Positions 13,234 to 24,168 of a stretch of DNA of 38,967 nt are shown in pieces. The stretch comes from Salpingoeca rosetta (taxonomy: Eukaryota; Protista; Choanoflagellata). How positions within the stretch are numbered: position 1 is the first letter of the stretch; each line of letters starts with the position of its first letter. The stretch is from contig JAWQFM010000002.1 of the NCBI GenBank assembly GCA_033442325.1, positions 1,492,714 through 1,531,680 of the forward strand, given 5' to 3'. A program made the translations under genes and the position numbers. The notes beneath the pieces were generated by a model, which was given only the letters and a program-made list of their open reading frames with translations, ran no database searches and was not told the origin of the DNA.

Positions 13234-16008
13234 CTAAAGTACCAAGTAGATGAACAGCCGTCGCTGTGAATTCATGACGCGGAACCCAGCATCCTCTGCA
13301 ACGCACGCCCACGTGACCGTGCACGTTTTGGCACATACAGAACGCAATGCGCGCGCGTGTGTGTTGTGTGTGTGTGGTATGTGTGAGTGATGCACCTCCA
13401 TCGTGCGCAGCTGACCATAGGCACAAATGAGAGCACATGATGCACACACGCAACGCAACACACAACCGACACAACATACACAGTACACGCAGCACACACA
13501 CACATGCAAACGCGAACTAAACGCAGCAGGACAAACACACAAACTCACCAAGCAGCTTCTCGCCAAAGGCGCGGTTGAGGCGTGGGCGCAGGTCCTCAAA
13601 TTGATACATGTACTTGGCAACGAGCACAACACCCGCATACAGCAGCACAATATACCACACCTTGCGCATGACAGCGTGCTGGCCCAGCTCAAAGAGCAGC
13701 AGCTGCACCGTCAGCAGCGCCAAGTATCCAAGACGCATGAACGTCACCGTGCCAAGAATGCCGCCAAGGAAGAGAGCAAGACACACCACAAACGCCCAAT
13801 AGCGCTTTGCCTGCAGCTCAAGCCATCGGTCGGTGTTCCGAAGCCATCGAATCACGCGCGGGCCATCGCCACCGCCACCGTCGCCGTTGGTATTCGTATG
13901 CTCACGGTCGCCCGTGCCAGTACCAACACGATGTGTCTTGGTGAAGCTTGGTGGCGCGTGTACACCCTCCTCATCACCACGCACAAGCGCTGCATGACTG
14001 GCATCATGTGCAAGCAGTGGTTCTGTTATTGACGCTGCTGCCGGTGCTGTTGGCGATGGTGGTGAAGGCAAGGCATGTGAGTATGGCTGAGGCGCCACTT
14101 TGCGCGTCGCCTGCGTGCGATGGTGTGCATCCATGTTGCCATCCGCACTGCTGGTGTCGTGGTCGCAAGGCGGCAGTGCTGGCGGCTGAGACACGCGCGT
14201 TGACGGGATGAGGCGGTAGGCGAGCAGCTGAATGAGGGAGAGCCCGAGAATGGCAATGTGCCAGCGGAGATCGCGCCATATGTGGTGGTGGATGGCCGGG
14301 TCCAGGCCAAGCAGCGACTCCACCGTGCTGTCTGACGTGCGGACAGAGGGGAAGCCCCACAGGTAGTTGACGAGAATGACTGCGGTGCAGTAGAGCAGCA
14401 GCCACACCCAGTACTCCTCGCGCAGGCGCGGAAAGCCGAGGAAGGCAATCAAGATGACGAGGTAGGCTGCGTTGAACACCGTCACCTCGTTCAGGCTTGC
14501 GACGTACACAATCAGGACCGTGAGAAGATAGGCGTAACGCAGACACAGGTCCCACACGAACAGCAGAGCATCCGCGCACGAGGACAGCGCGTGCTTGAGC
14601 TTCGCCTTCCACCACGACGACGATGATGGTGATGATGGTGATGGTGACACCATCGGAGTGACTGCTGTATGCTTTCCATCATCGCCCCCATCCATGTTGG
14701 CGTACGCCTGACTGCCACGACCACCAACACCATCACCATCACCAACGCCGCTGTAGCCATGGTAGCTGTAACCCCCACGACCACCATCGTCACCATTGTC
14801 ATCATCATCATCATCCTCGGCGTCATCGCTGTCATTGACGCGGCCACGGCGGCGCAACTGCTGGTCACGATGCGCGTGATGGTCGTCGCGAGCACCACCT
14901 GCTGCACGGGTTGTGGTTCTCCTGTCTGACAGGAGAGCAGTGGTGGCGGTGGTGCTGGTCGGGCTGCTGTCTCCGCCTGTGCTGCCACTGCTGCCGTGCG
15001 TGTGTGCCGTGGATCGAAGCTGCCGCTGAAACCAGGGTGTCTTCACGAACGCGCGTGCGGTGAGAGCAAAGACAAACATGAAGAGGAGCTTTGCAGCAAT
15101 GGTGCCTGTGATTCGCTCGAGTGACGCGTGCTCGTGCAGACCGAGCTGCTCGGCCACGTCCTGTTGCATGCAAGCAATGTGGCAGTGGTTGTTATGCGGC
15201 GGTGATGAAGGTGCCGTAACCATGGTGGTATGAGGGATACGGTTACGGTGTGATGCGATGGTGCAGGTGTGAGCGGGCGCGATGACAAATGGCAGGGAGG
15301 AATGGGCACAGAGATTGTGGTGGTTGCGTGTGCATCAGGGAAGAGCTCGAGAGACACGTGCGTGTGAGCAAGGCACACAACATGCGCCTGTTTACGAAAC
15401 TGCGACACCAGTCATGAAACGACCCCGCGTCGCAAACCCACATCGAAACATCGTCATGCCAACACACGTACACACGTACGCGGCGCGCGTGTCTGTGCAT
15501 GTGTGCGTGCGCTCACGTGCGCGCATGTGTGTGTGTGTGTGTGTGTGGTGGTGGTCGCACCTTGTCTGGGATGATGTCTGGATGGATGAAGAAGAGGAGG
15601 TTGAGGAGAGTGATGACACCTCCAAAGACAATGAGGACGAACGAGCTTCGAAAGAAGAGGGTTGGTGTCTCTGGGTAGACGGCAACGAGGGACCAAGCAA
15701 TCATGACAACGCCAAACCACGACGGAAACGCAAGCGCCCACGTGTACAGCGCAACCAGCGTCACAATCCAGCTCTGGTTCACGCACACCTGCCATTGGCG
15801 TGTACGCGCGCGTGTTTGTTTGGGAAGCGGAAGTTGAGGGAAGGGGAAGTTGAGAGAAGAGAAGGAGATTGTGATTACGAGTGTCTGTCGGTGTTTGCAT
15901 GCACGGCTACGTGTGTGGCACACAGTGCAAGCAGCAAGCAGCAAGAACACACACCCACACCCGCACCCGCACCCACACCCACACACACACCCACACACAC
16001 ACACCCAC

Positions 16009-16043
<35 letters not shown>

Positions 16044-16235
16044 CAATCTATCACACCTTGACCACTGGGCGCAGGAGGGTCGCGGCTGTTGTTGTGATAG
16101 AGGTCATGGCCTGTGTCCACAAGTGAGACATGAAGGACGGACCATTCTTGCTGTCGTCCCCAAGCGTATCACCATCAACAACAACATCATCATCGTCATA
16201 CTGCTCCACATCATCTCCTTCGTCTCCGAGCACAT

Positions 16236-16266
<31 letters not shown>

Positions 16267-16483
16267 AGCATCATCGTGGTAGCCAAACCCATCGTCATCA
16301 TCAACCTCATCAACCTCATCGACATGGCCGTGGCTGCGATGGGCAGACCTGCTGCGCTTGTGAACTGCAAAATCGTTGCGCATATCGCGACTGCCGAGAG
16401 GGTTGAAGTGCTGCTGCTCTTCGTCGCTGCCCCCAAGCAGCGGCTCCAGAAGACTGGGCCGGGTGGTGCTGGTGGGACCGAAC

Positions 16484-16520
<37 letters not shown>

Positions 16521-16976
16521 CGTGCGTGCGTGTGTGTATGTGTGCGTGTGTGTATGTGTGAATATGAGTGAGTCAGATACTGTGGAGGATACAACGTGCG
16601 ACACTGCAAGCATGGCGCAAGTGCTTGGCTGGTTGTTCTTGTACACGTACATGGTCTGCGCACGTCTGAAGCGACGGAAGGGCGCCGTCTGGTGTGGTTT
16701 GTCGTGGTGTGGCATGGCCAGACAGCAGTGGCAGTGGTGTGATGTGAGACAACACATGCAGGATGCACACACCAGCACAGCCACGCGTACACATAGGCGC
16801 TGTACAATGCCACGCAATCTTACCTTCACTCACACACTCTCTCTCACACACACATACATTTACACACACACTCACACACACACGCTCACACACACACACG
16901 CTCACACACACGCACAGGCACACACACACACACGCACAGGCACACACACACACGCACAAACGCTCACACACACACG

Positions 16977-17009
<33 letters not shown>

Positions 17010-17867
17010 GCAGGCGGTGCTGACCACGAGGTACAAGGTGAGGATCTGTGCAACAAGGAGAATCCAGAGGGGCCAAGCGAGGTCGTTGAGGCGGAGAACA
17101 GGGGAGGCGTGGTATGCTGGAGGCCGCTGCTCCACGTAGGAGATCAGACCAAGAACATCAGCGCTGGGCTCCATGGCCTGGTAGACAAAGGGGAGCTGGA
17201 ACACGTAGGTTGCGGCAAGGTAGAGGGTGAGGACCGCGGAGAGGAGGGGGCGACACCGCGCCACCCACTTCTTGAGCGACGCGAAGACAAAGGCTGCGAT
17301 GAGGGAGAGGTAGACGAGGTAGAAGAGGACGGCGGGGGCTGCGGCGTTGCAGCAGGTGAGCACAAACGTGCCGAGCAGCATCCAGATGCCCGTATCGCTG
17401 ATGGCCACCCAGAGCGCAGTCAGGCGGCCGGTGCCTTCCTCCGGGAAGAGGGTGAAGTACGCCTGCGGGTTGAGCGGGCGCGGCACAGCCAAGGCCACGA
17501 GGGCGACGACGATATCGGGCGCAAGGAACCGCAGCACCGTGTGCCAGATGACGTCGAAGCGCACGAAGCCAATCTGTGCCAGCGTGCTTGCGAGGACGGA
17601 GTCATGGTCGAGCTTGCGGGCATAGGGCTTCTGGCTGCCGAGGTAGATCTGGAAAGCGAGCTGCGCGAGGCACACGACAGGTGCAAACACGCGCAGGAAG
17701 AGCACGATGCGGTATGCCTGCTTTGAGAACTGCAGTGGCAGCAGGAGCAGGGAGAAGAGGGCCGCCAGGTACACCAGCGACAGTGCAGACACCCGCACCA
17801 ACGCAGCTGCCAGTAGCGACACATGCAGCAGCACAGCCGCAGCTGACCGCTGCAACACAGACACCAT
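3705..17867 (-). CDS. PIEZO: Piezo-family mechanosensitive ion channel (multi-exon, spans an assembly gap)
   Basis: N-terminus [17 protein letters not shown]; many multi-TM exons (e.g. ~17030-17867, ~13550-15160, ~5340-6900); family motif [16 protein letters not shown] (PFxxExxxxxxW); cap EWW; inner helix [20 protein letters not shown]; C-terminus [15 protein letters not shown]. Not all internal exon borders were resolved. Confidence 0.95.
9780..10025. other. Assembly gap (N run) inside Piezo
   Basis: N run directly following a (CA)n tract. Confidence 0.99.
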
Positions 17868-17917
17868 GCGCCCCTCTGTGTGTGTGTGTGAATGTGTGTG
17901 TGTGTGTGTGTGTGATC

Positions 17918-17962
<45 letters not shown>

Positions 17963-18102
17963 TCTGCGTGTGTCTGTGTGTGTGTGTGTGATCTGCGTAT
18001 GAGCGTGCAGTGTGCTTGTGATGTGCGACGATTGAATGGTCCTTGCTGTTCTGCTGTCTCGTGTGTGTGCACGATTTTGGCGCAACGACCAACGACAACA
18101 AC
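17868..18102. promoter_or_regulatory. Putative bidirectional promoter/5' UTR region between Piezo and XRCC4-like
   Basis: Divergent ATGs at 17867 and 18103; TTTTGGCGC (E2F-type) at 18075-18083. Confidence 0.55.
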
Positions 18103-18794
18103 ATGGCGCTGTTGGAAGTGGATGGTGGGGATGCAGGGACATGCTATGCGCTTGCACAGTGGACGGGCAAGGCGGGCGAGAGCAGCCTCAGCATTGCAGT
18201 CTCCAATGGCACCAACACCTTCAATGGCCAAAGTCAGAGAGAGAGTGTGTGTGTGTATGTGTGTGTGTCTGTGTGTCTGTGTGTGTGTGTGTGAGTGAGT
18301 GAGTGTCTGTGTGTGTGTCTGTGTGTGTCTGTGTGTGTCTGTGTGTGTCTGTGTGTGTCTGTGTGTGTACGTCTGTGTGTCTGTGTGTCTGTGCACGTCT
18401 GTGTACGTCTGTCTCTGTGTGTGTGGTGTCTGTGTATTCATATTGCGGTCTTTCCATCACCGCACTTCGTCCTTGCGCACCTCAGTTCAGCGCACTCCAC
18501 TTGATATCACCCAACTTTGAATCTCACTCCCACGGTGGTCATGTCACTTGTTGCACTGTGCAGTGACTAGGCGGGATATGCGCGCTTGGATTAAGACAAC
18601 GTCGCTGGAACATGCAGACTACACCAAACACCTCGCCCAAGCCTTCTCAGGTGTGCGTGAAGTCACACGATCGCCTGTCCACTATCACTTCCTGATGGTG
18701 GCCGAGCCCTGACCGCCACGCTCCCGTCCCCCCCCCCCCACTCTTCTGACGCAACACACACACACGCACGCACGCACAAAACACACATACACAT

Positions 18795-18835
<41 letters not shown>

Positions 18836-19628
18836 TTCGATCCCTTGTAGGCCACAACCATTTTTACGACTACGTATTGCATGAAGCCAAGGTAGGCAGG
18901 TCTTGGCAGCGACGCAGACATGTAAAGCAAACGTGCCTTGTGGTCTTGTCCTTGTGTGTCCATTGTATGCTGGAACGTGCTCACGGACGATCGCTGTTGC
19001 AGGAGCTGCGCGTCAAGTTCCAGGCTGCTGACGGCATCAAGGTGAAACAGCAGTGCGACAGCAATCACCTGACATGGACATACACATACACACGCACACA
19101 CACACACACATACTCACCGCCACGAGCCTCCTTTCCAGCATCCTTTGTCACTGCTTTTACCCCAAGCACACCTCTTCTCACAACTCTGTTCACACACACA
19201 CACGCACACATACACACACACGCACACATACACACACCAGGTTCTGCTGGCCAAGGTGCCGCTGAGGGACATCACATCGACTGAGGAGAGCTATCAGGTG
19301 CTGGCTGCCTTTGTGGCGCAGCATGTTGCTGCGAGGAGAAAAGTCAAGCAGTTGCGAGCGGATATCGACAGGCTGAGGGATGAGACGACGGAGATGCATG
19401 AACGCGCCCATCGCGTCAAAGCGCAGCTGGCAAAGCGCACCAAGGAAACAAAGCTGCAGGTCCGTATATGACGTCTGTGTGTGTCTGCGTGTCTGCGCGC
19501 GCGCGCGTGTGTGTGTGTGTCTGCGCATGTACATGCGTACGTGTCCATCATGTGGACGTCCATCATGAGTATGCCTGACCAGTTAATGCGTCTGCACGTG
19601 CGTGTGTGGGTTCTCCGCTGTGTCATTT

Positions 19629-19677
<49 letters not shown>

Positions 19678-20779
19678 ATGCGCTCACCCTCGCACTCACC
19701 CTTCCATCGTCATACATGCCGCTGCCCCACCCTCTTGCGCCCCCTGCTTGCTGCAGCTCATCTCAGCCGTCAACAAACGCAAGACGGAGATCTACAACCT
19801 GCACCATCCAAAGTCCCCGCGGCGGCAGTGGCCATCGCTGCGGCGGCAGGGATCCTGGACGCGGAGTCAGGAGCGAGCATGGCAGGACGGGCACTCGATC
19901 GAGGTGAGGGGCAAGGCTGGTGGTGGCTTGAACGGTGGCAGGACGTGTTTGACACATACCCGACCGCTGTTGGTGGCAGTGGCGGTGTGGTGGGCAATTG
20001 TGCCTGTCATGCGCCAACGTTGCTAAAGTGATGCACACAGCCCTCGCTCATGATCATCATTTCCCTTCATCCCACCTTCATCCACCTTCACACCTTTGTT
20101 TACACCCACGTTCACTCCCCCCCCCCTTCTTCTACCCCCCCCCCCCCCAACATCCTGCCACATCAGCCGAGCTGGGACGGGCCTGCATCAGCGTCAATGT
20201 CTCCCGACCGAATGACCACAGCTACCGGTGTCAGCCATCGCGGTGGTGATAGTGGTGGTGATCATCGTGGTCACCGTCGCAGTGCAAAGAGGGGCGGTGC
20301 CGCACGCTATCATGATGACGACGACAATTATGATGATGACGATGATGGTGACGGTGGCGCTGATGGTGGCAGGAGTGGTCGTGGTGGTAATGACGGTTAT
20401 GATGGCGTATCGAACGACAAGAGTGCATCATCATCATCATCATCATTGGTGTCGAGGGCGAATGCAGACACTGATGGAGACGGCGGTGCTGCTCGCAGCA
20501 GCACGCTCCTGCAGCTCGCTTCAAAGCAGGTCTGGCTGTGTGTGTGTGTGTGTGTGTGTGTGTTTGATGTGTGTGTGTGCGTTGGCTGCTGTTGGCTGTC
20601 GAAGTTTCCCCCTTGACATCATCACCACCACCATCAACAAACACCCCCTCCTCACACGTTTGCAGTCGTCAACAACGACTGGGCGGCGGCGGCGAAAGAA
20701 GCGTGCAGTCAGCTCAACATCTGCTCGACAGACCACCACCAACGACGATGACGATGAGGCCTTGCTGCTGGACCTGTGA
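18103..20779 (+). CDS. XRCC4: XRCC4-like NHEJ factor (DNA ligase IV partner), ~379 aa
   Basis: Eight phase-consistent exons: 18103-18232, 18564-18650, 18851-18891, 19003-19041, 19241-19459, 19757-19903, 20167-20529, 20666-20779. Head motif W...LSIAVSNGTNTFNG resembles FVITLTDGHSAWTG. A coiled coil is followed by LISAVNKRKTEIYNLH, resembling the ligase IV-binding FILVLNEKKTKIRSLH. Disordered tail with RRRRKKR NLS. Confidence 0.72.
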
Positions 20780-21445
20780 CCACCTTACCGTAATCAGTGT
20801 GCTTGGGGTATCATGTCACTACTGGTGCCATGGTGCTGGGGTGTCTTGCTGCGCCGCTGTTTCTGCAAGCTTGCTGTAGTGTTGATGTCGCTCTGGCCCC
20901 TGTACATATGCTGCTGTACTCTCGTTTTCATGCACACGCGTTCACCAAGCAGTACACTTCGCGCGCGGCTTCCTTCTTCGCTTGTACTGATTTGCATTGT
21001 TGCATTGGTGTGGGCTATCAACGTATCAATGGCAGAAACGAGGAATTGTCACGGCACGAGCAACCAGCAACCCACGAATGAATGATGAAAACACATTATT
21101 CGTGGAAGCGCAACAGCCATGGGTGCAGTAGTGATGAGGAGGAACAACGGAGTAACAACGGCTGAGCAAGGAAGGGGCTGTGGTGGTGGCGTGGTGCTGC
21201 GTGATGATTGACACACGGTGTGTGCACACAAGCGGACCAACAGCGCAAGCAGGACACAAAACAGAGGCAGTACGCACGCACACACACCACAACAACAACA
21301 ACGACGCGTACGTTGGCGCGTTGCTGTGGGCAGGCGTTGTTTGACAATTTGGTTGAATGTGTGTTTGTGTGTGTGTTTGTGTATGTGTGAGTGGAGTGAA
21401 AGAGAGCAAGTGGATGGATGAATGGCCTGTGGCGCACCACAAGTC

Positions 21446-24077
21446 TCAGTAGCCGCCCTGGTCGCCGAAGATGCGGGCAATATCGGCGTTATGCGGGTTG
21501 ACCTTTGGCACAACGTGTGGGTGCTCCTGCATCAGGTACTTCCAGAACTGCTCTGTGATGAGCGGCTGGGCGTTCTGGCTCGGGTGGAAGCCGTCCACGG
21601 GCTCAATCAGCTGCCACGCCTTCCCGCCGCGCGCCTCCCACTCCTTCAGGGCGGCCATGATCGGGTTGGGGAAGTAGTGCACGTCAAAGTTGTTGAACGT
21701 GTTGTCTTGCGTAATGTTCTTCAGCACGTTGCTGAGGAGGGCGGCGTGGGCGGAGGTGAGGTTGCGCAATGTCTCGTTGGAGTTCATCCACCCGCGGCAG
21801 GGCGAGATGGAGAGGCAGTTGAGAAAGTCGTACACCTGGCCCGTGGTGACGTCATGGTGGAGGGAGCCAATAGGGTGGATGCGCTTGGCCATGGTGTCGT
21901 ACAGGATGCGCCCGTCTGCCAGCCCCATCATGAACACGTGGCTCCCGTTCGGAAGCTTCGTGTCCTGTCGATGCACGGGCGCGCACATGTGTACATGCAA
22001 GACAGTGTGTGAGTGTAGGAGTGTGTGATGTGAGTGTGTGTAGAAGTGTGGTGGGAGAGAGATTGAGCACAGGTGTGCGTGCATGTGCTTGCGTGTGGAT
22101 ATGGGGAAGTCTGGAAAGGAGCACATCATCATCCATCCACGAAACACAGCGATGGTGGCGCGCACCAAGTAGCGGAGCGTGTCCAGGGCGTTGTCGTGCA
22201 TTTCCTTGGGCGTGGTCATGTGTGCAAGCGTGTCCGGGTGGCCGTTGCACACGTCGTTGCCAATGAGGGCGTACATCACCAGCGCCGGGTAGTCGCTCTT
22301 CTGCAGACGGCTCATCGACTGCACGATGGAGCTGTTCATGGACCCGGCCCGCGCCCCGTTGACAGCAATGTTCTGGAAGTCGCGGTGCACGCAGCGGTTG
22401 CGCCGCCACATCACCTGGTACGTCGAGTTCTGCTTGCCCGTCACGTCGGGTGCCCACTGCGTCGTGTTCTCAAAGCCGGTTGTCGCCGACAGCATGGGCC
22501 AGTCAAACTCATTCTCCAGCGTGGGCAGGATGTTTGCGAATGTCGTGTTGTCCCAGTCCACCACGCTCAGGTACTGGTAGGGGATGTGAAAGTGCGCCGA
22601 GGCAGAGTCGCCCAGCACAATGGTGCCCATTGGGTTGGTGTCTGCGCAGTACAGCTCCTCGTATGTCTTTCCAGACTTGGGCTCGATGCCGTAGATGCCG
22701 TTGCAGTTGCTGTCGACCTCACGATCGCCGTCAACGGGGCGCGCGCCAGGGTGCACCGCCGCGTTGGTGTCGCTGCAGTCCTTGCCGCGCCAGTCAGCGC
22801 CGCGCAGCGTGTGCCACGTGCTGAAGCCATCGCCGTCGTCGTCCTTGTACGGCGTGTGGTTGTCGAGGGCGACGATGAGGTCACAGATGGGCTTGAAGAT
22901 CTTGAACTTGCAGAAGGCGGGCGGGTCGTCACGCGGGAGACCGCGAAGGCCCACCGTCTTGCGCACGCGGGCAACAGCGTTGTCCACGCCTTCCTTGGGT
23001 GGCGGGAACAGCTGGCAGGGGCCCGTGCACACGTTGATCGCTTTGCACACCACATCGGGCGTCTCGTGATTGTCAATGTACTCAATGATGTCTGTAAGTC
23101 AGTGGGTGAGGAGCAGCGTAGAGAGGTGAAGGGGGGCAAGTTGGTGAGGCGCAGGCTGGTGGCATGCAGCAGGTCATCAAAAGCTCAACCATAGCACGAC
23201 AACACCAACTAACAACGGCCAACAACCAACAGACAACAACAAACGACAACAACAACCAACAGACAACAACAAACGACAACAACAACCAACAGACAACAAC
23301 AAACAACACCAACTCAAGTAGCACAGCGCAAATGCAAAGCTTCCACCGCCCATGCAGATCGAACAAGCAGTGGTGCGTGCGGGCTGGTGTTGACTCACAA
23401 GGGCCGACTTCGTCGATGAAGGTCTTGCATTCAGCGCGGATGCCCTTTGGGAGAAGGTTGCAGATCTGAGAGAGCGCCTCGCTGGCAGATGCGTTCTTGA
23501 GCTCAGCATACTGTTCAACCAAGGCAACAGAAAGGGTACACACAGCGCACTCCGTCCCGCCATTCACGCCTGCATTCGCACCAAATCAAAGGAGTGGCGT
23601 TGACATATCCATCATACACGACGAAATGATCAGTGACTTTGATTAAAGGTGTGTGGCACGGAGGAACGAAGCACACAGCTTTCATCAATGTCCTCATTGA
23701 ACAAACACATGAACACATGAACACATGGACACATGAACACATGTCCACATGACCACATGTCCACATGACCACATGACCACATGACCACATGACCACATGA
23801 CCACATGAACACATGGACACATGAATGAGCACCCAAACATAAACAAACACGAAACAGCAACAAAGGTGACGGCATGACACTGGGATCAACAGCCGAGTGT
23901 AGCGATTTGGCGAACAGCCCAAACAGAAACAAAAAGCTCACCACCACGAAGGCGTGGGTCACGATCAGTGTCAGCATTTGCGGCGGCCTGAGCTGGTGCA
24001 CACGCAGCCAGGAACAACACACCCAGCACGGCAGCAGCAGCAGCCACTGCCACGCCACGACAAACCACCACAGCCAT
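21446..24077 (-). CDS. AOAH: Acyloxyacyl hydrolase (saposin B + GDSL/SGNH lipase; LPS lipid A deacylase)
   Basis: Exons 24077-23942, 23569-23399, 23091-22166, 21964-21446. Signal peptide; saposin CAVC...C...C; LRGADWRGKDCSD; DSNCNGIYG; catalytic GDSASAHF, GNDVC and EPVDGFHP; C-terminus IFGDQGGY. Confidence 0.95.
23708..23823. repeat. (ACATGACC/ACATGAAC)n 8-bp tandem repeat in AOAH intron 1
   Basis: Degenerate octamer array seen directly. Confidence 0.8.
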
Positions 24078-24168
24078 CTTTGTTTTGGAGGAGGAGGTGC
24101 TTGTGGAAAAATGGTGATTATTGTACCTGATTTTCGGCGTCCGGTGGACGAGCGGGAAGCGAGAAGCG
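24078..24168. promoter_or_regulatory. Very short divergent intergenic region between AOAH and DARS2
   Basis: 91 bp between the predicted ATGs at 24077 (-) and 24169 (+). Confidence 0.5.

Noticed and set aside
20797-21081. 94-aa ORF and short CAGTACA/TGTACTG inverted repeat between XRCC4 and AOAH
   Set aside because: No recognisable motif and the stem is only 7 bp; most likely 3' UTR.
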